Shown: piece after piece, positions 10,453-19,803 of the stretch
Layout: every line of letters starts with the position of its first letter
Position numbering within the stretch: position 1 is the first letter of the stretch
Assembly (NCBI GenBank): GCA_963712745.1
Contig: CAVQJC010000005.1
Location: 224,001 to 288,000, forward strand
Length of the DNA stretch: 64,000 nucleotides
Direction: 5' to 3'
DNA from: an uncultured Chloroflexia bacterium
GTDB taxonomy: Bacteria > Chloroflexota > Limnocylindria > Limnocylindrales > CSP1-4
Made by a program: the position numbers and the translations under genes
The notes under the pieces: generated by a model
Database searches by the model: none
What the model was told of the DNA's origin: nothing
The model's input: only the letters and a program-made list of their open reading frames with translations

Positions 10453-11463
10453 ATGGCCGCACGACCGCGCAAGGTCTGGATCGACCTGACCAACTCGCCG
10501 CACGTGCTCTTCTTCCGGCCGGTCCTGCGCCGGCTCGACGAGGCCGGGGTGGAAGCGATCGTGACCGCGCGCGACTTCGCCCAGACCCTGGGCCTGCTCG
10601 AGCGCTACGGCATCGAGCACACGGTCATCGGGCGCCACGGGGGAGCCTCGGTGCGAGGCAAGGCGCTGGGTCTGGTGCGACGGTCGGGGGCGATGGTGCG
10701 CTTCGGCCGCGGCCGGGGCTTCACCCAGGCGGTGAGCCACGGCTCCAACGACCTGGCCATCGCAGCCCGGACGCTGCGGCTGCACAGCACGGTCATCCAT
10801 GACTACGAGGGCGCCGCGGGCATGCACCGCATCAACTTCCGACTGGCCTCGAAGGTCATGACGCCCGATGTCATCCCCTACTCGGCGATCGCCGGCTACG
10901 GGCTGCCCGAGTCGCGCTTCTGCCCCTATCACGGCCTCAAGGAGCAGGTGGCACTGGCCGACTTCGCGCCCGACGACACGGTCTACGGCGAGCTCGGGCT
11001 CGACCCGGAGCGGCCGATCGCCGTGCTGCGGCCGCCGGCCACGATGAGCCTCTATCACCGCGGCATCGAGAACACCGTCTTCGACGAGGTGCTGGCGCGA
11101 CTGCGCGATGCCGATGTCCAGGTGGTGCTGCTGCCGCGCACGCCCGAGCAGGCACAGTCGTTCGCCGGGGCTGCGGGCGTGATCGTGCCCGATCGTCCGG
11201 TCGACGGTCCCTCGCTGGTGTGGGCGGCCGACGTCGTCGTCAGCGCCGGCGGCACCATAAATCGCGAGGCGGCGGTGCTGGGCGTGCCGACCTGGACCAC
11301 CTTCGCCGGAACGCTGGGGGCAGTGGACCGGGAGCTCGTGGAGCAAGGGCGGATGAGCGTGCTCGAGCGGGCAGAGGACATCGTCGTCGTCAAGCGCGAC
11401 CGCTCCGAGCCGCGCTTCGAAGCCATCGCCGACGAGGTCACCGAGGAGATCCTGCGCACGTAG
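10453..11463 (+). CDS. DUF354 domain protein (GT-B-like)
   Basis: VWIDLTNSPHV, GRHGG, SAGGTINREAAVLGVP. Confidence 0.85.
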   Translation: MAARPRKVWIDLTNSPHVLFFRPVLRRLDEAGVEAIVTARDFAQTLGLLERYGIEHTVIGRHGGASVRGKALGLVRRSGAMVRFGRGRGFTQAVSHGSNDLAIAARTLRLHSTVIHDYEGAAGMHRINFRLASKVMTPDVIPYSAIAGYGLPESRFCPYHGLKEQVALADFAPDDTVYGELGLDPERPIAVLRPPATMSLYHRGIENTVFDEVLARLRDADVQVVLLPRTPEQAQSFAGAAGVIVPDRPVDGPSLVWAADVVVSAGGTINREAAVLGVPTWTTFAGTLGAVDRELVEQGRMSVLERAEDIVVVKRDRSEPRFEAIADEVTEEILRT

Positions 11464-11477
11464 GCCCGCGCCGGTGT

Positions 11478-11690
11478 GGTGTTGGCGCCGGGCTCGGCAG
11501 GGCCGGGCTGGCGTGAGGCGCCGGGCGCGGGGCGGGGCGCGGTTGGCGTGAGACGCCGGGCGCGGGGCGGGGCGGGGCGCGGGGGCGGGGCGCGGCGCGG
11601 GCGCGGTTGGCGTGAGGGGCGGGGCGCGGGGCGGGGCGCGGTTGGCGTGAGGCGCCGGGCGCGGGGCGGGGCGGGGCGCGAGGAGCGAGG
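11478..11690. repeat. Extremely G-rich degenerate tandem repeats
   Basis: ggcgcggttggcgtgag and ggggcggggcgcg units. Confidence 0.85.
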
Positions 11691-11703
11691 GCCGTGGCTT
11701 CTC

Positions 11704-11888
11704 GCCAAATGTCGGCGTGGTGACCCTTAGCGAGTTGCGCGCACGTTCATCGGGGGCCGCACTGCATGCCTATCCGTTCGATCAGCATGAAACGCCTGAT
11801 ATATCCGGCAATGTGCATGACTATGCACCGACCGTTATGTGTGAACTGGCCAGCTTCTGGCTAGTGGGCCCCTGGCATGACATTTGGC
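11704..11888. repeat. 185-bp inverted-repeat-bounded module (family B, copy 1); MITE/REPIN-like
   Basis: Perfect 10-bp terminal IR gccaaatgtc / gacatttggc; internal palindromes; homologous to 35224-35406. Confidence 0.65.
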
Positions 11889-11889
11889 A

Positions 11890-12145
11890 GTAGGCCCGCA
11901 GCTCCGCAGCTCCGCAGCTCCGCAGCGCGCGGCGCCGAGGTGGCTGGTGGCCCGGCCGAAGCTCCGCAGCGCGCGGCGCCGAGGTGGCTGGTGGGCCTTG
12001 GCGCAGCCCGCAGCTCGCAGCTCAGCAACTCCGCCGCGCAGCGCCGAGGTGGCTGGTGGGCCTTGGCGCAGCCCGCAGCTCGCAGCTCAGCGGCTCCGCA
12101 GCTCGCGGTGCCGAGGTGGCCGGTGGCCCCGCCGCAGCTGCGCGG
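11890..12145. repeat. Degenerate tandem array containing decayed copies of the module B1 right end
   Basis: gccgaggtggctggtgggccttggcgcagcccgcagctc units resemble tggctagtgggcc...ttggcagtaggcccgcagctc. Confidence 0.75.
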
Positions 12146-12148
12146 CCG

Positions 12149-12997
12149 TCAGCGGCTCTTGATATTCTTCTTGACTTCCGGGGTGATGCGCACCGCGAGG
12201 CGCGGACTGTCGCCCCGCTTGCACAGGCCCTTGCCGTTGACCTGGCACTCGGTGACGATGGCGGCGACGCAATGTGTCCGCCCGCAGGGCGACCTACCGC
12301 TGAACGATCGCCACACCGGGGCTCCGCTCATACCCTGAGCCACAAAACCGGTCGTCACGAGCATGCGAGGATCGGAGAACGACTGCTGGACCCGCCCCTC
12401 GGTGCGCCACATCGTGAGGCCGTTCATGCCGGAGAACCGCGGATCGGCGGGATAGCCATTCATGCGCGTGAGCTTTCCCGGGGCCAACTTGCCGTTGCCC
12501 AGCTCGTTCGCCCACATCCCCAGGATCGCGTTCTTGGGGTACTCGCAGCTCTTGGGGACCGTGATGACCGCGTAGTCGTGGGCCCGGCTGCCGTAGAGGC
12601 GGTCCGACGAGTTCCGCTTCACGAACCTCGGGTGCGCCCACACGCTGGCCGCTCCGCACGCGGGGTAGCTCGAACCGCCCGCCGGCTGGCTGTAGCCTCG
12701 GTAGATGCGCACGCTGCCGGGCAGATCCTGTCGGAACCGGTAGTTGCGGTTCGCCGGGTCGCGGACCAGGCAGTGGGCAGCCGTCACGACCTTGCGCGGA
12801 GCCACGATGAAACCGGTGCACACGACACGGCCGCCGACGGTGACGAGCGTGGTGCCCCGGAACGGACGCTTGGTGAGCTTGGACGCCGGAACCTTGGAGC
12901 GGTCGAGCTCGGCGGCCTGGACGACGCCGAGGCCGGAGCCGAACGCCAGCAAGGCGATGACGGTGAAGACCAGGAAGCGTCCTGTCCAGCGGGTCAT
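12149..12997 (-). CDS. Secreted trypsin-like serine protease (glutamyl-endopeptidase-like)
   Basis: Signal peptide, CTGFIV, VTAAHCL, HDYAVI, GMSGAPV catalytic triad motifs. Confidence 0.9.
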   Translation of the reverse strand: MTRWTGRFLVFTVIALLAFGSGLGVVQAAELDRSKVPASKLTKRPFRGTTLVTVGGRVVCTGFIVAPRKVVTAAHCLVRDPANRNYRFRQDLPGSVRIYRGYSQPAGGSSYPACGAASVWAHPRFVKRNSSDRLYGSRAHDYAVITVPKSCEYPKNAILGMWANELGNGKLAPGKLTRMNGYPADPRFSGMNGLTMWRTEGRVQQSFSDPRMLVTTGFVAQGMSGAPVWRSFSGRSPCGRTHCVAAIVTECQVNGKGLCKRGDSPRLAVRITPEVKKNIKSR

Positions 12998-14421
12998 GCG
13001 GCGTCACCTCCGGCTGGCGAAACGCCCTCGACCGCGGGGCCGCGGTCGACAGCCGGGGCCGACTCCACCGGTCGTCCGCCAGCACGGGGGGAGATGCCTT
13101 CACGGATCGAGCGGCCAGGCCCGACGGGCGCGTCCTCCCGGGCGAGCTTGCGGTAGAGCGCGATGAGCCCGGTCGCGGTGTGGTCCCAGGTGTACTTGTC
13201 CAGGGCCACCTCCCGGCAGTGGGCCCGCAAGGCCTGCCGCTGGTCGGACGGCGCCGAAAGCAGGTCGGCGCAGGCGGCGGCGATGGCCGCCGGGTCGTCG
13301 ATGTCGACGCACACGCCGACGCCTTCCTCGCTGGTGAGCCGGCACTGTTCGTTGCCCCGGCTGACGACCACCGGTACGCCGGCCATGATGGACTCGAAGA
13401 GCTTGTTGGGCAGGTTCATGCGCTGGTTCAGGGTCCGCGGCGGCTGGCCCACAAAAGCGACATCGGCACTGGCGGTCCAGGGCATGAGGTCATCGGGCCG
13501 CACCGCGGGCAGCAGGTAGACGCGACCCGGGTGGGCTGCGACGGCCTCGGCGATGAAGGTCTCGAGCCGGCCGTAGCCCATGAACACGACTGCGGCGCCG
13601 AGCTCCATGAGGCGCGGCTGCGTGGCGGCAGCGACCAGTTCCTCGACGCCGCGGTCCACGGAGAAGCCGCCCTGGTAGAGGACGATCGGCCGCTCCGACT
13701 CGATGCCGGTGGCCTCGCGGATGCGGTCGGATCCGACGACACCGGGCTGGTCGGGGCGCCAGGCCGGCGGGCAATTCCAGAGGATGGTCGGCCGGGGCAC
13801 GCCCCAGCGACGCTCGACCAGGTCCGCTACCGGATCGCTTACGGCCAGGAAGGCCGAGCCGTCGCGGGCCCAGTCACGTTCCCGCCGGCGCACGATCTCG
13901 CGCACGATCCAGGGCATGCGCGCCAGTCGCGCCGCCTCGGTGTGATAGTCGGCGACGTCATATACGAAGCGGCCGCCGAGCCGGCGAGCAGCCTCGCGCA
14001 CGACAGGCAACACCACCAGCGATTGTGCGTGGAAGACCTCCGTCTCCGGGGCCGCCTCCGCGACGGCCTCGGCCCAGGGGCCGGCACGGCGGGCGTTGGC
14101 GATGATCTCCAGCGTGCGGCGGAGTGGGTGGCGCAGTCGGTCCAAGCCGGTGGGTGCGTCGGGCGGCAGCACCTGGCTGTCGTAGTCGAGGCCGACAAGT
14201 CGGCAGATGCCCTTGCGCATGCGCTGAGGCAGCGGCCTGAGGGCGTTGCTGATGCGGCGGTCGATCTCGAGACGGGTGAGCTGCACGCCCGGCGCCAACT
14301 CCTCCACTGCCGGCAGGCCGGGAGCCGACCAGCCCAGGATGCGCAGGCGGTGCCCGTCCGCCGCCAGCGAGGTCGCGGAGCGCAGGAAGCGCGAATCGAA
14401 CTCGAAGGGGTTGGCGGCCAC
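12994..14421 (-). CDS. Glycosyltransferase family 4 (true start probably slightly upstream)
   Basis: FDSRFLRSATSL, LYQGGFSVDRGVEEL, PNKLFESIMAGVPVV; in-frame LNITI precedes the GTG. Confidence 0.88.
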   Translation of the reverse strand: MAANPFEFDSRFLRSATSLAADGHRLRILGWSAPGLPAVEELAPGVQLTRLEIDRRISNALRPLPQRMRKGICRLVGLDYDSQVLPPDAPTGLDRLRHPLRRTLEIIANARRAGPWAEAVAEAAPETEVFHAQSLVVLPVVREAARRLGGRFVYDVADYHTEAARLARMPWIVREIVRRRERDWARDGSAFLAVSDPVADLVERRWGVPRPTILWNCPPAWRPDQPGVVGSDRIREATGIESERPIVLYQGGFSVDRGVEELVAAATQPRLMELGAAVVFMGYGRLETFIAEAVAAHPGRVYLLPAVRPDDLMPWTASADVAFVGQPPRTLNQRMNLPNKLFESIMAGVPVVVSRGNEQCRLTSEEGVGVCVDIDDPAAIAAACADLLSAPSDQRQALRAHCREVALDKYTWDHTATGLIALYRKLAREDAPVGPGRSIREGISPRAGGRPVESAPAVDRGPAVEGVSPAGGDAA

Positions 14422-14582
14422 GATGGTGATGTTCAGCCGGCCCGGCTGCAGCGCGTCGGTAACGATGGCGCCCGTTCTCCACGATCAGCTCCGGTCACGG
14501 CGACCTGAGCACTACTATGAACTCCAGCCTACCCCGGACCGGATAACTGGGCAGGAAGGCGGCCAGGTTCCGGCGCGTGGCG

Positions 14583-15365
14583 TCAACCCTCGTCTTCGGC
14601 GTGCGACATCTGGGCGGTGGGCCCGCGGCCGCGCAGCTCCTCCCAGCGCAATTGCAGCACCACCACCAACGCCTCCAGGATGATCGACTTGGACATCTTG
14701 CTGGTGCCCACCTCGCGGTCCTTGAAGACGATGGGCACCTCCGTGACGCGGGCGCCGGCGCGCGTGGCCAGGTAGGTGGTCTCGATCTGGAAGACGTAGC
14801 CACCCGAATGGACGCGGCCCCACTCCACCGCCTCGAGCGCGGCCCGGCGCCAGGCCTTGAAGCCGCCGGTGAGGTCGTTGGGCCCCAGGCGCAGCACGAA
14901 CTTGGCGAAGAGCGAACCGCCGCGCGACACGACCCGACGCAGGATGCCCCAGTCGCGGACCCCACCGCCGCGGGTGTAGCGCGAGCCGATGACGAGGTCG
15001 GCATCCTGCTCCAGCGGCGCCATCAGCGTGGGCAGGTAGTCGGGCGAGTGCGACCAGTCGGCGTCCATCTGCACGATGTGGCTGGCGCCACCCCGAAGCG
15101 CCACGGCGAAGCCGTCGATGTAGGCCTTGCCCAGGCCCTCCTTGCCCGCACGATGCTCGACGCTGATGCGCGGTTCCGCGGCTGCCAGCCGGTCGGCCAG
15201 CTCGCCGGTACCGTCCGGGGAGTCGTCGTCGACCACCAGCAGTCGGGCCCCGGGCAGGGCCGCCAGGATGGCCGCCGAGATGCCTTCGAGGTTCTCCGCC
15301 TCGTCGTAGGTCGGCAGCACCACCCAGGTGCCGGAGTAGCGTTCGCTGTCCGAGTGGTCGCTCAT
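14583..15365 (-). CDS. Polyprenol monophosphomannose synthase (GT2, Ppm1-like)
   Basis: VLPTYDEAENL, VDDDSPDGTG, GLGKAY, QMDADWSH, DLTGGFK, GYVFQIE. Confidence 0.92.
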   Translation of the reverse strand: MSDHSDSERYSGTWVVLPTYDEAENLEGISAAILAALPGARLLVVDDDSPDGTGELADRLAAAEPRISVEHRAGKEGLGKAYIDGFAVALRGGASHIVQMDADWSHSPDYLPTLMAPLEQDADLVIGSRYTRGGGVRDWGILRRVVSRGGSLFAKFVLRLGPNDLTGGFKAWRRAALEAVEWGRVHSGGYVFQIETTYLATRAGARVTEVPIVFKDREVGTSKMSKSIILEALVVVLQLRWEELRGRGPTAQMSHAEDEG

Positions 15366-15412
15366 GGGCTCTCAGTCTACGGCGACTCGGCGCGATCGCG
15401 GCCTGGCGACCG

Positions 15413-15548
15413 CTGGGAGGGTCAGCGCAGCCTGGGTCGAGGGGTCGGCGCAGCCTGGGTCGAGGTGCCGGCGCCGCCTGGACGGGGAGGGTCAGCGCAG
15501 CCTGGGTCGAGGTGCCGGCGCAGCCTGGGCGGGGAGGGTCAGCGCAGC
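15413..15548. repeat. Tandem duplications of a stop-codon region
   Basis: gggagggtcagcgcagc occurs 3 times; the last copy contains the real stop of the gene ending at 15539. Confidence 0.85.
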
Positions 15549-17410
15549 TTGAAGGTGAAGCCGCGGGCGTTGATGCCACCGCCGGTATCGGTGCCGACGA
15601 TCTTGACCTTCATCTCACCGGCCTTGCCCTTGGACCTGGTCTTCAGCACGACCTTCCACTTGGTGTCGCTGAGACGCTTGATGTTCGTCTTGGGCACCTC
15701 GTACCGGTCCACGTTGCGCTGCTTGACGCTGACCACCGGCTTGCGCCCGAGAGGCTCCGCGCTGATGACGGTGAACTTGATGGTGTCGCCCCGGTCCAGC
15801 TTCCACGTGGGCGTGGACAGCTGGAAGGGCATGACCCGCACCTTCACGTCGTGGGCGTAGGAGCCGGCCGGACGGGCGACGCGGAAGCGAGCGGTATACA
15901 CGCCCCACGGCACATAGCCGCCCTCGCCGTTCTTGCCGTCCCAGCGGAAGCGCACCATTCCGGCGTCCATGGCCTGCTCTTCGATGCCTCGGCGCACGAC
16001 GTCGCCCTTGGCGTTGCGGATGACGACACTGACCGTGCCGTTGCGAGTGAGCGAGGCCTTGAGCGCTGAGGCCTGGGCCAGGGAGTCGCCGTCGTTGGCG
16101 TAGAACATGCCCGGGCTGGCCTTGGGCGCCTTCAGCGAGTTAAGGACCTTGGCCTTGACGCGACCGGGCTCACCCACATTGCCGGCCCGGTCCGTGGGCA
16201 CGAGCATGATCTGGTACTTGCCCTCATCGACGTCCTTGCCGTTCTTGTCCCGGCCGTTCCAGGAGATCGACCCGTTGCCCTTCAGTGCCCAGGTCGTCCA
16301 GCGCCTGACGATGCCGCCGTCGCGCTTGACCTTGACCTCGAGGAAAGCGCCCTCGGACAGGGAGTACGAGACCTTCAGGCTGTCGGCCACGCCGTCGCCG
16401 TTGGGCGTGAACACGGGCAGCGGGTCGTCGGCGGAGACGATGATCGAGCCCGGCTGCGTAGCCCTGACCTTGCTCACCACCGGCGCGGTCGTGTCCGGAG
16501 GCAGGGAACCCGACTCGCGCCACTCGGTGGTGGTGAAGCCAAGGTCGCCCGTGACCGCCCGCAGGTAGCCTTCGGCAGGGTCGGGGTCGATGTGGATGCG
16601 CGCGCCCGGGATGCGCTCGGAGTCGTAGTAGCCGGGGTCATCGCCGATCCAGCCGTTGCGCGGATTGACGTAGTCGCCGTAGCGCGTGCGGAAGACGGCA
16701 TCCATGGTGGCGTCCTCCTCGAACAGGGCGTTGATGACGTCGGCTCCCGGCTGCCAGCCGAGGGCCCAGACCACGCTGGCGCCGATCGACAGGAAGCCGT
16801 TGGCGTAGTTGTCCACGCGCTGGACGGCCACGTCCCGCGTCGGGATGGCCATGCCCGAAGACGCGTTGCCCGAGGCGTAGGAGAGGTGCGAGAGGATGAC
16901 CACCGCATCGGGCGCGAGCTGGATGTTCTCGCGCAGCCAGTTGGCACCCTTGTAGGCGACGTTGTTGGGACCTCGATTGGCCTCATCCTGGCGGTCCAGG
17001 CCGAGGCCGTTCTTGGTGTTCTCCTGGAACGGTCCGTACGCGCTGGGCCAGCCATTGCCGTGACCGACGTAGACCAGGAGGTCAGCTCCCTGGGCCTGCC
17101 GGATGACCCGTGACTGGGGTGCGTAGGGGTGGAAGATGCGGACGGTCTCCATGCCCTGGGCCTCGGCCGCGGCGGCGATGGCCTTGGCGTAGCCCTTGTA
17201 CTTGGTGGTCAGGCTGTGCACCGGGCCCGCGATCACGACGGCCTTCTTGGGCGCGGCGGCTTGCGCCTCGGTGACCCAGTTGAGGGCGGAGCTGGTCAGG
17301 ATGAGGGCTAGCACAGAGAGCACGACGGCCAGCAGGCGGACGGCGTCGCGTCGACGCACGTGACCGCCCGAACGGGTCGGCCCTGCGTCGGAGCGGTGGT
17401 GTGGGGCCAT
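15539..17410 (-). CDS. Secreted protein with FlgD Ig-like domains
   Basis: Signal/TM segment; VYVGHGNGWP N-terminal domain; FTPNGDG, WNGRDKNG and WDGKNGEG FlgD-Ig signatures; start uncertain (17359, 17410 or 17566). Confidence 0.75.
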   Translation of the reverse strand: MAPHHRSDAGPTRSGGHVRRRDAVRLLAVVLSVLALILTSSALNWVTEAQAAAPKKAVVIAGPVHSLTTKYKGYAKAIAAAAEAQGMETVRIFHPYAPQSRVIRQAQGADLLVYVGHGNGWPSAYGPFQENTKNGLGLDRQDEANRGPNNVAYKGANWLRENIQLAPDAVVILSHLSYASGNASSGMAIPTRDVAVQRVDNYANGFLSIGASVVWALGWQPGADVINALFEEDATMDAVFRTRYGDYVNPRNGWIGDDPGYYDSERIPGARIHIDPDPAEGYLRAVTGDLGFTTTEWRESGSLPPDTTAPVVSKVRATQPGSIIVSADDPLPVFTPNGDGVADSLKVSYSLSEGAFLEVKVKRDGGIVRRWTTWALKGNGSISWNGRDKNGKDVDEGKYQIMLVPTDRAGNVGEPGRVKAKVLNSLKAPKASPGMFYANDGDSLAQASALKASLTRNGTVSVVIRNAKGDVVRRGIEEQAMDAGMVRFRWDGKNGEGGYVPWGVYTARFRVARPAGSYAHDVKVRVMPFQLSTPTWKLDRGDTIKFTVISAEPLGRKPVVSVKQRNVDRYEVPKTNIKRLSDTKWKVVLKTRSKGKAGEMKVKIVGTDTGGGINARGFTFKLR

Positions 17411-17562
17411 GTGCCCACCAGAGTCGAGCCGCACGAGCACACCGGCCATGCCGCGATGGTCACCGTCCCTCTGTCCGTATGGTCCCAGCACCGGTCCCCG
17501 GGCCAACCGGGGAGCGTTTCTCCCGGGCGACCGAGACACCCTGGCGAGGAGCGTCGTAGCGC

Positions 17563-18492
17563 TCATCCTTCGTCGGCCGCCTGTTCATCGGCGGCCTGTT
17601 CATCGGCGGCCTGTTCATCGGCGGCCGGCTGCTTGGCCCGGCTGGCGGCCTTGGCGGCCTTGGGATCCACGATGACGAGCACATGCTCGAGGTGCTCGAG
17701 GTCGGCAACCGGCGTGATGAGCGCGGTCTTGACGACATCGCCGGCCTCCTCGATGACGTCGATGACGTGGCCGATGGGGAGGCCCTTGGGGAAGCGGGAG
17801 CTGAAGCGCTTGCCGGCCTTGGCGCCGAGCGTGACCACCAGGTCCTTCTCGGAGATCTTCTCCGTGCGCGGGATCTCGAGCATGGCCAGCGGTGCCGAGA
17901 GCCGGCCCACCACGTTGCCGGTAGCGCCGGTGCGGTTGTCCAGCCCGTTGACCAGGAAGTTGGTGTCGGTGATGAGCATGACCTCGGCCCAGCCGTTGCC
18001 CACCTCTACCACCTGTCCGGCCAGGACGCCGCCGCTCGAGAGCACCGGGTCACCCTTGCCGATGCCGGCCTCCGACCCGCGGTCGAGCGAGATCAGGCGC
18101 TCGAACTGGGAGGAAACCTGCTGGCTCACGGCCGCCGCCACGGTCTTGTGGTCGGACATCTCGTTCTTGGTCTTGAGCAGCTTGTTGAGCTTGCGGTTCT
18201 CGGCCTCGAGCGCGTCGAGCGTGTCCAGCTGCTCCTCGAGGCGGGTGACGGCCGCGGTCAGCTCTTCGTTCCGGCGTCGCAGCGTATCCACCTCGGTGAT
18301 GGCATCGAGGACCGAGGTCACCGAGCGGGTGCCGTCGCCGAGCGTGTCCTGCACCGGTGCGATGGCGAAGCGAACGCCGTTGCGCAGTTCCTCCGCTGGG
18401 CCCGTGCGGCTGACCGCGAGCAGGCCCACCGACATCACGACCAGGACGACGAATCCGATGAGGCGGCGGCGAGCGTAGCGGTCCCTCAGCAT
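17563..18492 (-). CDS. mreC: Rod shape-determining protein MreC
   Basis: N-terminal TM, coiled coil (ENRKL), LDRGSEAGI, FPKGLPIG; directly downstream of mreB; C-terminal ADEQA repeat. Confidence 0.92.
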   Translation of the reverse strand: MLRDRYARRRLIGFVVLVVMSVGLLAVSRTGPAEELRNGVRFAIAPVQDTLGDGTRSVTSVLDAITEVDTLRRRNEELTAAVTRLEEQLDTLDALEAENRKLNKLLKTKNEMSDHKTVAAAVSQQVSSQFERLISLDRGSEAGIGKGDPVLSSGGVLAGQVVEVGNGWAEVMLITDTNFLVNGLDNRTGATGNVVGRLSAPLAMLEIPRTEKISEKDLVVTLGAKAGKRFSSRFPKGLPIGHVIDVIEEAGDVVKTALITPVADLEHLEHVLVIVDPKAAKAASRAKQPAADEQAADEQAADEQAADEG

Positions 18493-18499
18493 GGGCGGC

Positions 18500-19558
18500 T
18501 CACCGCGGCGGTCTCGAGTACGTCTCGGCCACGAGCGCACGCTCCATGAACGGGTCGTCGATCGACTCGAGCACGATGCCGGTGCCGCGGACCACGCAGG
18601 TCAAGGGGTCGTCGGCGATATGCACGGGCATCTGCGTGGCCTCGGCGATGCGGCGGTCGAGGCCCTGCAGTAGCGCGCCGCCGCCGGCCAGCACGATGCC
18701 CTGGTCGACGATGTCGGCCACCAGTTCCGGCGGGGTCTCCTCGATGGTGTCCTTGATGGTGCTCACGATCTGAGCCAGGGAGGCGTCGATGGCCTCGCGC
18801 ACCTGCTCAGCGGTGATCTCGACGAAACGCGGGAGCCCGGTCAGCAGGTCGCGGCCACGCATGCTCACGTGCTGCTTGTCGTGCGGACCCGGGTAGGCGG
18901 AGCCGATGGCGATCTTGATGTCCTCCGCCGTGCGCTCACCGACGAGCAGGTTGTACTCGCGCCGAGCATAGGCGATGACATCTTCGTCGAGCTCGTCGCC
19001 GCCGACCCGCACGGAGCGCGAAACGACGATGCCGCCGAGGGAGATGACCGCCACCTCGGTGGTGCCGCCGCCGATGTCGACGATGAGGTTGCCGCTGGGT
19101 TCACTGATGGGCAGCCCGGCCCCGATGGCCGCGGCCATGGGCTCTTCCACGAGCCGGGCCCAGCGAGCACCCGCGTTGAGGGCCGCATCGCGGACGGCAC
19201 GGCGTTCGACCTCGGTCACACCGCTGGGGATGCCCAGCAGCATGCGCGGGCGGGGCACCAGGCCGACGCGGTCGTGCACTCGCTGGACGAAGTACTTGAT
19301 CATCTGCTCGGTGACGTCGAAGTCGCTGATGACGCCGTCGCGAAGGGGGCGGACCGGGGTGATGGAGGCGGGCGTGCGTCCGAGCATGCGCTTGGCCTCC
19401 GCGCCGATCTCGATGACCTTGCGGGTCTTGGTGTCGACGGCCACGATGCTGGGCTCGCTGATGACGATGCCGCGCCCACGCACGTGGACGAGCGTGTTGG
19501 CCGTGCCCAGGTCCATCCCGATGTCGCGGGAGAACGCACCGAAGAACGCGTCGATCAT
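18500..19558 (-). CDS. mreB: Rod shape-determining protein MreB
   Basis: DIGMDLGTANT, EPMAAAIGAG, VDIGGGTTEVAV, GGGALL. Confidence 0.97.
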   Translation of the reverse strand: MIDAFFGAFSRDIGMDLGTANTLVHVRGRGIVISEPSIVAVDTKTRKVIEIGAEAKRMLGRTPASITPVRPLRDGVISDFDVTEQMIKYFVQRVHDRVGLVPRPRMLLGIPSGVTEVERRAVRDAALNAGARWARLVEEPMAAAIGAGLPISEPSGNLIVDIGGGTTEVAVISLGGIVVSRSVRVGGDELDEDVIAYARREYNLLVGERTAEDIKIAIGSAYPGPHDKQHVSMRGRDLLTGLPRFVEITAEQVREAIDASLAQIVSTIKDTIEETPPELVADIVDQGIVLAGGGALLQGLDRRIAEATQMPVHIADDPLTCVVRGTGIVLESIDDPFMERALVAETYSRPPR

Positions 19559-19803
19559 CTCTGGCGACAGAGGCCTCCATAGGTGGCCGGACAGGGCCAC
19601 GGGCATGCTGGCACCAGCGACACGACCACACCCGCACGGCACGGGACAGCGGCGCGTCGGGCCGGAGCGGGCCACGGCGACCCGAGCGAGAGCCCTCCTC
19701 GACTCCCGACTCCAGTGCCGGGAAGTATAGACGTGCCACCACGCTTCCTATCGCCGGACGGCTCGTGGACTTCGGACCGACTGGCCCTGTCTGCGCGCCG
19801 GCG

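Noticed and set aside
11478-11690. G-rich tract as a functional G-quadruplex element
   Set aside because: It is explained more simply as degenerate tandem duplication next to module B1, and there is no independent evidence of function.
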